From assembly GCA_030141605.1 (NCBI GenBank), contig JAQGDQ010000014.1:372001-436000 (forward strand): DNA of 64,000 nt, in the 5' to 3' direction. Within the stretch, counting starts at the first letter, position 1. Every line of letters starts with the position of its first letter. Positions 29,560 to 41,857 of the stretch are shown piece by piece. This DNA comes from Tubiluchus corallicola. Lineage: Eukaryota; Animalia; Priapulida. Under the pieces are notes generated by a model. That model was not told the DNA's origin. It was given only the letters and a program-made list of their open reading frames with translations, and searched no databases. Made by a program: the position numbers and the translations under genes.

Positions 29560-30770
29560 CGGTTTCAATTCTTAACGACGAGACTGTAATCTCATACGCT
29601 TAAAAGCGGTGCGATGAAGTTCAAAAGTGTATTTAGGTATTATGACGGGCTCGAACGTGGGACTAAACTTTTCATATGTGTCTCTCTTTGACGAATAACA
29701 CGTTCGAACTGAATCGACATGTTTTTAATGCTCTAATAAAAAATTTTTGTGAGTGGTTCTTATTACTAACAAATTATCAAAACATTTAGTCGGTGTTCCA
29801 TTTGTATTTCTAGCTAGAGTCAGAGTGACCTACAGAGGTCTATGCTTTTCAGGGTGTTCATTAATCTTTTTCCACATTGTCATTTGATGAGATTTTAACC
29901 AGGTTGCTAACAATACAAAATCGTTACACGTAATAGGTCTTACAGACAACAGGGACTTTATCAATTCAAAATACAATCTTAGCTGAAATTAACTCTGAAT
30001 CAGAATTCCAACTTTGTCAACTGTGAAAAACTCCAGCCAGCAATGCGTTTTCCAAAATATTTTTCTTAACCCAGAAAAGAAAAAAAGTAATTCTTATTGA
30101 TAAAACATGGAACTTTATACATGAGTCATTTAAATGCTTAGCATACTAACCTCAAGTTTGGTCTTAACCACATTTATGTCCATTTTGTAATCTTCGCAGA
30201 ATGCTAATAAAGTTTCCATCTTTTCCAGACGTTTTTCGCTGTTGGTTGTAACAATAGAAGTGTCATCCATGAACATAACCTGTGAAAAATCCGTGAGTCC
30301 CCCATCTCTCCCCAGTAACTTTAAAGCTCTCTCCAACGGGTTTATATAAAGACAAAATAGAATACAGGAACTGCGAGATCCTTGCTTCGCCGCAAAACAA
30401 TAACAAATAGTATGATCGCCTAATACACTTGTCGTGCTATACATACGTGCAGTAGCCTGATTCATACGTGAAGTACTGATTCATATCCGTACTTTTTTTA
30501 ATATTTCAAACATTAATGTCCTGCAAACCTGATCACAGGCTTTTTCAAAATCTATAAACAGAATAACATATAATTTTCTCTTTGAGCTCTTGGCAGCATT
30601 TATAAAAAAAATCTCAGCACTAGTATCTGTTCGGCGCTTGCCCACACTGAGCTCCAGATTATTCTGCATCAGGACACACCCAAAATTTTAGCCATTCACT
30701 AATTACAACATCGTATAACTTGCAAAAAGAATTAGCGATACCTATCCCTCTACAGTTATGGCAATTCGCT
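29560..30770 (-). mobile_element. Decayed LINE reverse transcriptase fragment
   Basis: Minus-strand NCRGIGIANSFCKLYD, LYVILFIDFEKACDQV.R, KQGSRSSCILFCLYIN, MFMDDTSIV and INVVKTK, in RT domain order. Confidence 0.8.
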
Positions 30771-31699
30771 GTAGCACCTTTCAAATCATTACATTTATAT
30801 TACACCTACATTACATCTACTTCACACCTACATCACATATACATTACATCTACATTGCATTTTAGAAAAATCTACATTACTTCATTCCAATTTAATTTAG
30901 TATTTTCATATCGCCCTGTATTTTCGTAAGCGCTTAGTTCAAGTTTGACAATTTTGCAGCGCGACGAAAACTTGCACGTTGCTACAATTATACGAGATTG
31001 CCATTGGTAAATGTCAAAATGTCATTTAAAATACTATTATGTTTGCGTTAATTTCCCAAACGATTTTTACTGGCAGAGCCTGAAGTTTACAGAGTTCAAA
31101 GTCCACAGTTTATACAGTTCAGACTGGAAAGGTTTAAATGAAATGAAGTTGTGCAGGCTTCATTTGGACGCAAGTTGTAACTGATTGTCTGACTGATTGA
31201 GTGAATGACTGACGGACCGACTTACTGGCTGACTAACTGTCTGACTGACTGATTGAGTGACAAACTCATAGATGACCAGTTTATCAACATGAATATCGTA
31301 CAGAGACTGAGATTACTTTAAAGTTGTGGATTATGATTTGTCGTCTGATCTGAGGCGGGCTATTTAGTTGTTTATTTGACGCCGAAATTAGCGGTTACTT
31401 GATTATTGATTGGTTACTTTGCACTTAGAAGGGAATTGTGTGTATATGTAATGAACATATTTTTAAAATAGATAAGACAAGGTCATTATGTTATTTATTT
31501 ATTGAAACAATCGAGTTATAAAAAGTACTTTTCAAGAATTTGGAATTTAAGACAAAGTTGCTACATTATTATATGGGTATGATAGCCAAAGGATATTTAT
31601 TGACTCTTTAGTGTGTGCTCACAGAAAAATGTAGTTTTAGTACAAATGTAGTTTCAATATCTGTCTAGCGAAAATGTCTTGCATACACCTGTACACATG

Positions 31700-32248
31700 T
31701 AGGGCGGCTCTAGGTAATTTGACGCTTTCGGCAAAAGTATTTTAGCGTCCCCTTCTCCATGATCCTCATCTTCCAACTCCTTCCCCGTGGTCCATACCAC
31801 AACCCAAAATTGAATTTTTCTTTCATAATATCTTAACAAAGAATAAATGGTACACGTATGTTAGGCTTATACATGTATTATAATGTATTAATTAAGTGTA
31901 GTCAATTACCTATCTAGAGCTTGTGTTGATTGAATTTGAAACTGAATTATAACACTATCGTACGTCTTGGGTGTCTGCGTGGAATGACATAATTTTAGGA
32001 AATCAGATAAAGCAAAAGTAGAAGGAAAGTGTTTTACTGAGGAAAGGCACTTGCTAACAACGAAGAGTCATACATTTTGACAGGAAAATAACACAAGTAG
32101 TTCGTTTCATTTAATAAGTGTTGTGCACTTAAAGAATTAACTGTGTTATTACTTAGGCAAAACTTCAAAATTAAAGAATTTTTCCAGAATTTGGCGCCCC
32201 CCCCCCAAACAACCTAACCTAGTCTGCTTAATGATCGAGCCGGCTCGG
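31700..32248. mobile_element. Putative hAT-like MITE
   Basis: Left end AGGGCGGCTCTAGG and right end CGAGCCGGCTCGG resemble CAGGGCCGGCTC-type TIRs; GGCGCCCC is subterminal. No TSD seen. Confidence 0.35.
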
Positions 32249-33974
32249 TGTTACATAGTACTTCTGCATACAGCGGGATGTACTTCTGTCAATATTTCTG
32301 CTTCCTTTTTTTCAGTATAGCTTTTATTTCCGGCGTGTATCGAGTAGAATACTGTGCAACCTCCAATTGAGTTTTTTGCTACAGCCTTAAGTAAAATTGA
32401 ATAAAATATTGATCGCACGGCTCTGGCTTCTTGACTAGGCTACTCAAGTACGTCCTTTTCGGAAAATAAATGAAACCACGAGTAAATTTTCACCAGTGAA
32501 TAAAATTCACTCCTTGAGCTCGGCATTCATCCAGTTTTAATTAATTGCCAGCCATCTGATGCAAGATTACAGTTACACGTTGAATAAGCTTAGAGAAAGA
32601 AATGAGAGGAAGAATGTTGGAGGAAAGAGTGTAGTAAGTATGCCGGATTTCGTGAAAACGGTGACTAAGTAAGTGAGTGAGTGAGTGAGTGAGTGAGTGA
32701 GCGACCGAGTGAGCGAGCAAGCAAGCAAGCAAGCAAACAAACGAGCGAGAAAGAAAGCATGTAATCAAGCAAGCAAGCAACAAATTTAATGTTTGCATGT
32801 TAAAGTAAATACTGAAATGACAAGTGAATGAAAAACGAACACAGAAAGAATGCTAAATGATTGCAAGAAAAAACGAAAAACTTGGAAAAAAGGATAAAGA
32901 GAAAGCAACGAAGCTTAAGAAGAATGAAAGAAAGAAGGAGCAAACGAAAGAAATAATGGAGGAAAGAAGGGGGAAAGAATGGTTTCGTTGTTATTACGAT
33001 ACACAATATGATTGTGTACGTTGTTGTTGTTACGATATTGCAATAATTATGATTTTTGCTGTTACGAAGGAAATTGTGAAGAAACAAATGAAAGAAGGGA
33101 AGAATGAATAAATATTCAAGTATGGAAAAAGGTGAAAAAAGATGAAAAGAAGGAATGAAAATGAACATTTATGCGTTTTGCAGGGAAACAAGGAAAAAGA
33201 AAACTTACGAAGGAAAAAAGATTAGGAGGCGTCATCTTACTGTGAAACCGAGTTGCTTAAATCTTCCACTTTCTGGCATCCTCTTATAACTCTGTTAATT
33301 ACGCAGTTTTGGTGGAAAAAACACCCACGGGTGGCCGTATTAATCGGTTTATATTATAATATTATAATAGGTTAGATATTAGATTCTGAAATAATACAAA
33401 TGGTTGGAATTTTTGTATTTAATTATGCAATATAACTAATTTTTGTTGGTTTGTTGCTACGTTGCGGGTATCATCGCGCATCCAGAATGATTGTACTTTT
33501 TATGGGCGTGCGCATCTCCATATTTATCTACAATAATCATGAAGCGTGTTAATTTTTCCACATTTTTCCAAGCTGATGTGATGAATTAGTAACAGAAATA
33601 CATGAAAACCGAGCAATGTTTACTAGTAACACGTTCTTGAATTTGTGGCCAGTTGTTGACATACTCGTCATCATCCTCTTCGTCGTCCTCTTTGTCATTT
33701 TCATCATCATCAGCCTTGCTTTTGATATAGTAGGTGTCAACACCATTGCCATTATATTTGTGTCCACTGTCGCCATCAGTCGTCATGAATGTCATCCTTA
33801 TCGTTGCTATCACCATCAACAATGTCAGCAGCATTGAAAAATAATTTTGTCATCGGCTTCATCATCACTATCATCTTATCGCCATCATCATCAACACCAT
33901 TATCGTTGTCATCATTATTATTATCACTATCATTTCAGATACAAATAGTCACTGAATTGCTTTATGATATCTTA

Positions 33975-35474
33975 GAGAACTGTATGTTATTTCACCAATG
34001 AACAAATCACCAGTGGTATTGTTCGCCAGTGGTACATTTCGCCAATCGTACGGTTCGGCAGTGTTACATTTTGCCAGTAGTACAGTCGCCATGATACAGT
34101 TCGCCTGATATAATTTTTTTGATGTATTATTTCTTTGTATTTTATTTTGTTTTATTTCTTTAACATAACGTTCCTGTTTGGCAGTGGTACAGTTAGCCAG
34201 TGCACACTTCGCCAATAGTACATTTCGTCAATAAAATATCTCTGTTATATTATTACCTTATTCTTTAACAAAATCTTGAAGTTTTAGTCACAGAGATGTA
34301 GCTGCATTTTTTCGGAAACTCACTGGTAGATGCTAATGAGACAGCAGACAGAATTACATGTTTCCTGCTTTGGCAATTAATGCTAGGACCAATTTGAAAT
34401 TGACTCGTTTTAAAAACATTTTGAAATTTAAATTTAGCCAGTGTGTTAAACAATACTATAAATTGATATACTCTAACTTTTCTTGAATTTCGGTGAATTT
34501 AATAATGGCCTATCTATATTATTTTTTTCCGTTTTTTTACATTTCTAACTTTAAGTACCAATGGTCAAAAATGACCCACCACTGTTGACCACAGTTTGCA
34601 CTAAAATACTGCATACACTAGTCATTTGTGCAAAGCTGCAGCTGCTGCTACATCGATAGCTTTGGGTTGACCGTTGATGAGTAGTTATTTCCAAGCAAGA
34701 CACAAAACCAGGTAAGTTTAGAATAAAATTTCCGGTTCTTGGAGCGCGAAAAGAACAAATGCTTGTGGATGTTATAGGCATAACTGAGCAAAGATGCTAG
34801 CAGAAGATGATATGGCTGGTCAAGTGTGTGTGACGTTAGTAGATACTTTTTCTGAAAAAAGGTTATCACGTGATAACCGGCAATGACTTTTTACAAGCCC
34901 GAAGCTAGTAAAAAGCTTATAGATTAAAAGGAAAGAGACGCCTGGCGTTGTCATCATCAACAATATCGGGAATCATCAGGAAGAAACGTCGTGAAGTTCC
35001 ATATAATAACGTCTTGATGAAACACAAGCCACTTCATTCAGGTGAAATGTATAAATGCTCTTGAGATAGTGCTGACTGTATATAAAACAAGGATTTTTTT
35101 TAAAAAAAGAACGTTTGCATTGCACAGAGCTTTGGAAATTGACGAAAACCACGAGACACTGGTTTACTGTAAGTGCGGAAAATATGGTATTATTGTTACC
35201 TTGGCAATCATTTTTTTACTGCACAACTAGAACTGAGGCTCCACATAGCGTAAGTTTAGTTTGCACTCGGCATCCAAAAATATCGAGAATACACGGGATT
35301 CGGTTAGGTACGACGTAATAAGATAGCAGAGAAATGTACCGCTGGGAAAATGTACATCTGGCGAAATGTACCACTGGCAAACTGTACCACTGGCGAAGTG
35401 TGTCCGTAGAGACATGTATTGACGAACTGTGCCATTGGCGAAATGTAATTGCGAAATGGGGGGGGGGGTTACCG
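33975..35474 (+). mobile_element. Mutator/foldback-like DNA element with inverted subterminal ~17-bp repeat arrays and internal protease/PHD relics
   Basis: The left array (TTCGCCAGTGGTACA-like units, ~33990-34230) is the reverse complement of the right array (TGTACCACTGGCGAAA-like units, ~35325-35460). Internal relic peptides H*SFV...YIDSFG (34616-34666), NACGCY (~34758-34775) and VYCKCG...W.HF..C (~35160-35225). Confidence 0.6.
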
Positions 35475-36177
35475 TGTTAGAGACTTAGACCTTGATAGCT
35501 GCGCACTGCTTACACGAAGGAAATATAGTTTTGAGCTCTGGACATTTAATTATTGGTTAAATGATTTTATGATCTTTGAACATCTAATTATTGATTCATT
35601 GATTGTCATACAGCATTATTGTTTAGGATAGAACTTGTGGTGTTCATATTGGCTGGGTTAGCGCTGGCGTAATTTTTAATGATGATTTACATTATGTGCG
35701 ACATGAAAGTTTATAATTTTACACTGGCGCTGTTATTATATTCTCCGCCTCATTGCGGATCAATTTTATTGCGCTGATATTTGCGCTTTTAATAAATAAT
35801 TAAATCTTTACAATCAACTACATGTATCATATAATATTTTAGAATAGTTTAATAATTGACAGCTGAAAAAATCTGTTTTTTCCCTTTTCTTATAAATAAA
35901 GGTACCAATTATTCCCAATCGAATCTGAGTTTATCAGACATTTGATGCACAGATATGCATGCTTATTTCTAGAATAAAATAACTGAACTGAAAAAGAGTT
36001 AAATTGAATTCTAGGAAACCTTGGCGAAGGTTTGCAAAGACACTATGGGAATTCGAAACTTAATTGCTGCTTCGAAAAAACAGAAATCAGAAGACAGTTT
36101 ACAAAACAGAAAAAGTAATTCCAGAAAATGATTTTTCCCAACATGAAAAGTTGGAATCCAGCCTGGGTTTAGGAATA

Positions 36178-36237
36178 CGGTGGTCCAGTGGTCCAAGGCG
36201 TCTTGTTTGTAAACAGAAGGTCTCTGATTCAATCAGG
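36178..36237 (+). pseudogene. tRNA-Thr(TGT)-like pseudogene / SINE head, copy 1
   Basis: CGG TGGTCCAGTGGTCCAAGGCG TCTTG TT-TGT-AA ACAGA AGGTC TCTGA TTCAAT CAGG. A-box, anticodon-loop and T-loop layout of tRNA-Thr, with mismatched stems. Confidence 0.55.
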
Positions 36238-36260
36238 AATACAGTCTGCATTTGGAAATT

Positions 36261-36338
36261 CGGTGGTCCAGTGGTCCAAGGCGTCTTCTTTGTAAACAGA
36301 AGGTCCCTGGTTCAATCCAGGTTGCATGCCAACTTTTT
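36261..36338 (+). pseudogene. tRNA-Thr(TGT)-like pseudogene / SINE head, copy 2, followed by an oligo-T stretch
   Basis: Near-identical to copy 1 at an 83-bp offset. Intact T-arm CCTGG-TTCAAT-CCAGG; TTTTT follows; the acceptor stem does not pair. Confidence 0.55.
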
Positions 36339-38029
36339 GACATTCCCTATCTTTCGAGGCAGGCATCAACTTTTAATTAATTGTGGGTTTGTTAAGTTTG
36401 TACCATAATTCGATTTGCCTTCTTTTGTTACTGTGGATTGTGTGAGAAGGCAAAAAAATTTTCCGATTTCTCTGCATACAGACGCGCAAATTTGCGTTAA
36501 TGTCTTTGCCAACCTTCAACAAGGATCCCTATTTCCTCGATATTTCATGGCAGTTTATCTCCTATTCTGACAGACGAATCAGTAAAATCGGTGACGGAGG
36601 AAACGCACAGACAAGACAAACTTCACTGCCTCTATTGATCAGAAAATGTGATTTATTCTCTAATAGCGTTTCTCTTTTTCTGTTTCATGTATCATCCGTG
36701 GAACGCTGACTGCAATAATGTAGGTAAGTGGCGTATTTATAAAACCATTTTTTGTACACTGACTGCGCGTGCATTATTAATCATGTAAAATGTATCGCAT
36801 GTTGATTGCGCGTTTTTCTCTTTGAATGACAAATGTTATGACAAATTGTAAAAGCAAACAGACAGTGGGTTGCGTTTGCTTAAGTTTGTCGATTGTCGTT
36901 ATTGTATACAATGTTTGCTGTCTTTTAAGGTTGATTATTTTAATGTTTTACAAGAGGTATCTGTGCTGATTTCTTCAGATCTTCAAGATCTCTTTTTAAT
37001 TTTGAATTCGGATGACAGCCATTAGAGAAGAAATAAAGGACAAAACCACAGATATCACAAACAAGTTACATCACACAAATTGTTGGGCAGTGAGAACGAG
37101 TTAATATTGAATAATGGACATTTTTAGTGACTGGAAAAATTTCGATCATTGAAGTAACAATAAGAAATCTGAAAGTAGTTGAGAATTGAAACCATAACTT
37201 TCTGATTGTTAATCAAACATGCTAATCGTTACATTGTTTAATAATAGACCGAACTTGTTTTTAATTCTGATCTCAAAATTTCCTCTCGGTCATACAAATC
37301 ACGTTATTTCTATGCAGTAACGATAATAAATCAATAAAACTTATGTAGCATTATAGCCTCGAATATATACAACAAGCGTGTGGGAATGAATATGTTTTTT
37401 TTCTGGAAAAACTTCTGTCATAATTTTTAACATGGACATTCATTTTTGTCCGGTTTGAAAGCCTAATGAACCTTACTGGTTTGGTTGGGACAGTCAAACG
37501 TTACAGGACAAAGATTTCAAGGGCAAATAACAAGAGAGCATATAGACGTCTTATGTTTGTGTTAAGATCACAACAACGACCTCTGATGAAAACATAATCA
37601 TTTTGCTGACTACTTGAAAAACACTAAAACTGTGCATACTTAGAGATTAATAAAAAGACTGCTGCTATCAGAAGCTGTTGTTGCGGTCTTATTTCTTCCA
37701 AAACTAAAATTTCCAATTTGCAGATCTGGAGTTTGTTATTAATATGTTAGTTTTTAATTTATATTTATATAGCGTAGTCTATGGTTTTCCTTTCCTCAAA
37801 TTTTTTTTTGTGTAATTTTATTAATTTCGCTTTTAGTTCGCAACTTCCTTCGCAGCAAAACGAAGTCTGTGTTGCAGCTTTAACACATTACCGTTCTGTT
37901 ATTAATAAACACTTTTAGCGAGTAAAATCAACATCGGTGCTTTTCGGTCTGGCTCAGGCATGTTGAAATTCGCGAATTTATCAAAAACTGCACAGCACAG
38001 CCTGTGAGTTACTGTCATGCTTTTTTGTG

Positions 38030-39755
38030 TTATTTTAGAAAATAAGTGAACAACATCTCAAGGAAATTATTGGGAAGTTGGCACAGCTGAGACGTATAAC
38101 TGGATTATGGGTATTTCATCACTCATTTGTTCCAGTTAATGGTAGCCAGTGAAATTAAGAGAATTGCATATAAACTTGAACTTGTTTAGATAACAGCGCA
38201 TATGATGATATGAATGGGACAATCTTAAAACGAGTAATTAGCTGATTAAGTTTATTACACACTTTTCCGACCGCCAGTGTCGCTAAATGTCGAAGAAGTT
38301 CACTTCCTTCTGGTGTGTCAGCCATCCTGCTTTGACGCCATGTTGTGTCCTCCTTGTTAGCGATCGCTGACCTAATCCGTTTTACATTAGTAGGCTGTTC
38401 TTTAATTAGGATTGTAACTACAACATAAGCATAGACAAGATTATTTAACATCTTTCCAGTAAGAGTATTATTTTGACATAAATTTAAAACACTAAAACTT
38501 ACAAGTTTAGCATTTAATTTACATAATTATGAAAACTACGGACAATGAAGGTTACTAAATGTAGACATTCAGTGGGAAAGTGAGGATTTCTGACGACTTC
38601 TGAGAAAATGAAAAAGAGCTTTAAAAGTCCCTTAAAAGTATAACGAATGCACGGAAAAAGCAAGACGCCTTCTGCTGTGAAAATATGACGATTTGTGCTG
38701 TATTTTTTTTTTACAAAAAAGCGGTTAGGAAGTTGAGTGGTTTTTCCTGACGACACATAGTTGCGTGCAATTAGTAAAAAATTATTAAAAGTTCAATTTC
38801 ATTGATCATTAATATCATCAAAACTTAAGAATTCTGCATGTTATTTGCAGTGTGGTCCATAAGACTGCGCACAATGCGGTTTATACGTAGTCTTTAAGCG
38901 ATTCAAGCTTTGCCTAACAGTTAAAGTCTTCTAGAGACAGTCCCGAATTCGAAGCGGATTCATTCAATTTACTATTTTGAAAACATTCAGGGATGAAACC
39001 TCTTAAATGGTAAACATTTGGGCGGCAGCTGAGTCGCAAAAGAGGAGGAGCAAAGGGTAAGATTGATGAAAAAGCCAGCAAAATGGAAAAGAGGTGACTC
39101 GAGCGTTGTCTTTAAGGGATTCAAGCATTTCGACACTCTCTACAAAATCTCTGAAGTCTTGGCTTTTCACAACATGACAATTTACCACAGAAATCAATTT
39201 CTTGTAAAACAAAAATTTAAAAGTGAGTACTCGCAGTCATTTTTGTATTGAGAATTCGTTTTACTACATTTTACGCGATCAGAAAGAGATGTAGTTGGCA
39301 GCGCTTTATAAATTCAACTTTTGTTTTTTAAAACTTTCTTCACTCGAAATAAAGAAAGTTTTAGTATTGCAAGAAAGACAATATAGGTGATTGAGTAAAT
39401 CGTCATTTAGGAAACGCATCCTAAAAGCAGAAGATAAGAATGCAAGAAAATTACCAAGTGTAGAAATCGAATGAAGAGGTGAGGATTATTGAGGACTTCT
39501 GAGAAAATGAAAAATAGGTTTTTAAACATCTCACAAAAGTATAATGAATATATGGAAAAAAGCAACACGTTTCCTGTTGGGAATTTTCAATGATTTGTGC
39601 TGTATTTTTTACAAAAAAGCCGCTCAGGAAGTTGATTGGTTTTTACAATGCGACACTTGGTTGCGCAATATCTAATATTATTTAGAAATTGATAAAAATG
39701 TAATTCATTTATCACAAATCTGGTTAACCCTTAAAAATTTTGCATGTTACTTGTC
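38030..39755. repeat. Diverged ~0.9-kb tandem duplication
   Basis: 38575-38850 aligns by eye with 39475-39755 (GTGAGGATT..GACTTCTGAGAAAATGAAAAA; GATTTGTGCTGTATTTTTT..ACAAAAAAGC..AGGAAGTTGA.TGGTTTTT; TGCATGTTA.TTG). There is a weaker match of 38030-38110 to 38970-39057. Confidence 0.75.
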
Positions 39756-41004
39756 AAGCGCACTAGTTTCATCTCCAGAAATATCTTCCCGTTCTGTACC
39801 ACTACATCTTTTTTACTCTCAAAAATTACAGATCAATGCTACTTATTGTAGTACACTTTTTGCCAACTAGTGAAGCGACTTATAAGATCTATGCATACAT
39901 TTTAGTTATCCTTAAAACGTTAATTTGTTTAGTAAACTCACTTCTCTTTGGAAATGGATCGACTTATTTACAAAAATCTATATAATCCGTATCTCTTCAT
40001 TCTTCAATACTTCATTCATCTTTTAATTCACGGTGATTTCATAACCTTGGTGACGTGACATAATCTTTGACGTGCATAGCTGTGCGGATATTTACTGTTA
40101 TCCATTCTTCTAAAGAAGTCAAGTATTTGTGACACTGTAGAAGCATTATCAAGGCCAGCGGTTCAGTTTATAAATACATTTTTATGTGAAGTCGCGTTTG
40201 TTACGAAGTCTTGTATGAAGGCAACTGAAAGGACGAGAAGTGTTTGGATATCGATTTCCTGTCAACAAGGCGAAAAGATTCGTTCTTTTGTCGTCCGAAA
40301 ATCAAAATGAAGTGAAAGCTTGGCGATGAAAAGAGAGGGAATTTCTATGGATCGGGCGAATCGCTGAATGGCAGAGTCCGCTGAAGGTCGCTGTCAAGCG
40401 TGCTATAGGGCGAACCTAGATCTATCTTAGCGTTCGGTTTACGTTATTTTTCATGTTTGTTCTGTTCATTTTCTAATTGAATTGCAAATAGGAACGTTTC
40501 TCGAGGATGCCTTTGATGCTAAAGGATTCTCTTACCTATTTGTATGTGTGTTATTTATTTTCCGTGTGAAGGTTCATTATTACTATTGTTATCATTTGAA
40601 AAGAAAATCTGGTTATGACTTTTGAGACTTAGTATCTTTCGCTTAACTACAGCACGTCTTTTCTGCTGTAGACGTGGTTGCCCATATCAATTAGACATGC
40701 ACAGAACTGTATTACCCAATAAAGGATTAATTATAGAGTCTCATGAGTCTCTTGCTTACTTTGACAGTCTTCAGGTCTTACAGCACAACTACATGTAGTA
40801 GGAAGATGGAAATTTTGCTAATGCTAATTAAGTACTATTTTCTCTATAATCAGTTTTTACTTTATTATCAAGAGCTCGAATTTTGATAAAAACCAAATAA
40901 CACCTGTATGGATTAATTATGCAGAATTCTCTTTATCGCTGTACCCTAGGGCACCTCACACTTGGGTGCCCTCAGACTTTGATGACATTTGGCAAAAAAT
41001 CTGT

Positions 41005-41282
41005 TTTTTCACTATGGTTGTGTTAAAATACGCGGTAATTTGCAATAAATAGTAAAATAGTAGTATTTCGTAAAGAATATTTTCATTGACAAACAAGAGA
41101 TAGCTATTCTAGTTTATTTAAAGAATTTGCAATAAATTTACTTCAATGTATATAGATGTCGCTAAGATATATCACGAGTAAAAAATATTCACGACAGGTG
41201 CTATGAGCCAGAGATGATTCAACCTGAGGGGCCACTTAATTTAATTAGTTTAGGTCCCCAAAAAGGTCATAATCCAGCCCTG
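41005..41282. mobile_element. Interspersed repeat (hAT-like MITE), copy 1
   Basis: Aligns with 62985-63256 (e.g. AATAAATAGTAAAATA, AGATAGCTATTCT, TTTAAAGAATTTGCAATAAATTTACTTCAA). Ends TAATCCAGCCCTG. Confidence 0.7.
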
Positions 41283-41470
41283 CCCGTAGGTCTAGCTTTT
41301 GAAGCAAAGATATTGATAATTGATGTGTTGTCGGTTTTCGTGAGTGCAATGGGACTTTTAAGATGCTATTATATAGGCCGCATAATACAGCCCCATACAA
41401 TTCTAACTAATATGTGCATAGCATATTACTACTATGGCATAGCTATCACTAAGTAAATACAATTCTGGTA

Positions 41471-41857
41471 TCAATTAAACAGTGCAAACCACTGGTCGAG
41501 TAAAATGTCTCTGATGGGATCAATATTCCTCCGGGCACCAGCATCAGCTTCTGATAAAAAGCTCGCGTGGAGCTTGTTACAATCCGCTGCAAACTGGTAA
41601 GTGACCACTCCAAGTCCGTCGTGTAAATGAGATCTTGTTTGATTTGAAACACACCACAGAAATTGAATAGTCATGTCCTTGCCCGGCAGTGTGTGGTGAA
41701 GAAGTTCGCTCTCATTGGCTTCTTGCCGAGATGCATGCCGAATTGTGTGGATGGCAGGATTTGTGCTGCCACGAGAGAAAAAGTGGATTTCCGCACAAAT
41801 AGGTGCAAGCAAAGTAATGCCACCGAAGGAATTTTCGTCTCTTATAAAGGCTATTGA
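41471..41857 (-). other. Exon-like open reading frame (128 codons to stop), function unknown
   Basis: GC-elevated, non-repetitive island between AT-rich flanks; open from 41857 to the stop at 41473-41471; natural-looking peptide. No ATG at the 5' end; candidate acceptor AGs nearby. Confidence 0.3.

Noticed and set aside
33990-34230. Regularly spaced short repeats that could suggest a CRISPR array
   Set aside because: The units are contiguous and degenerate without unique spacers, are mirrored at 35325-35460, and sit in eukaryotic DNA with no cas genes.
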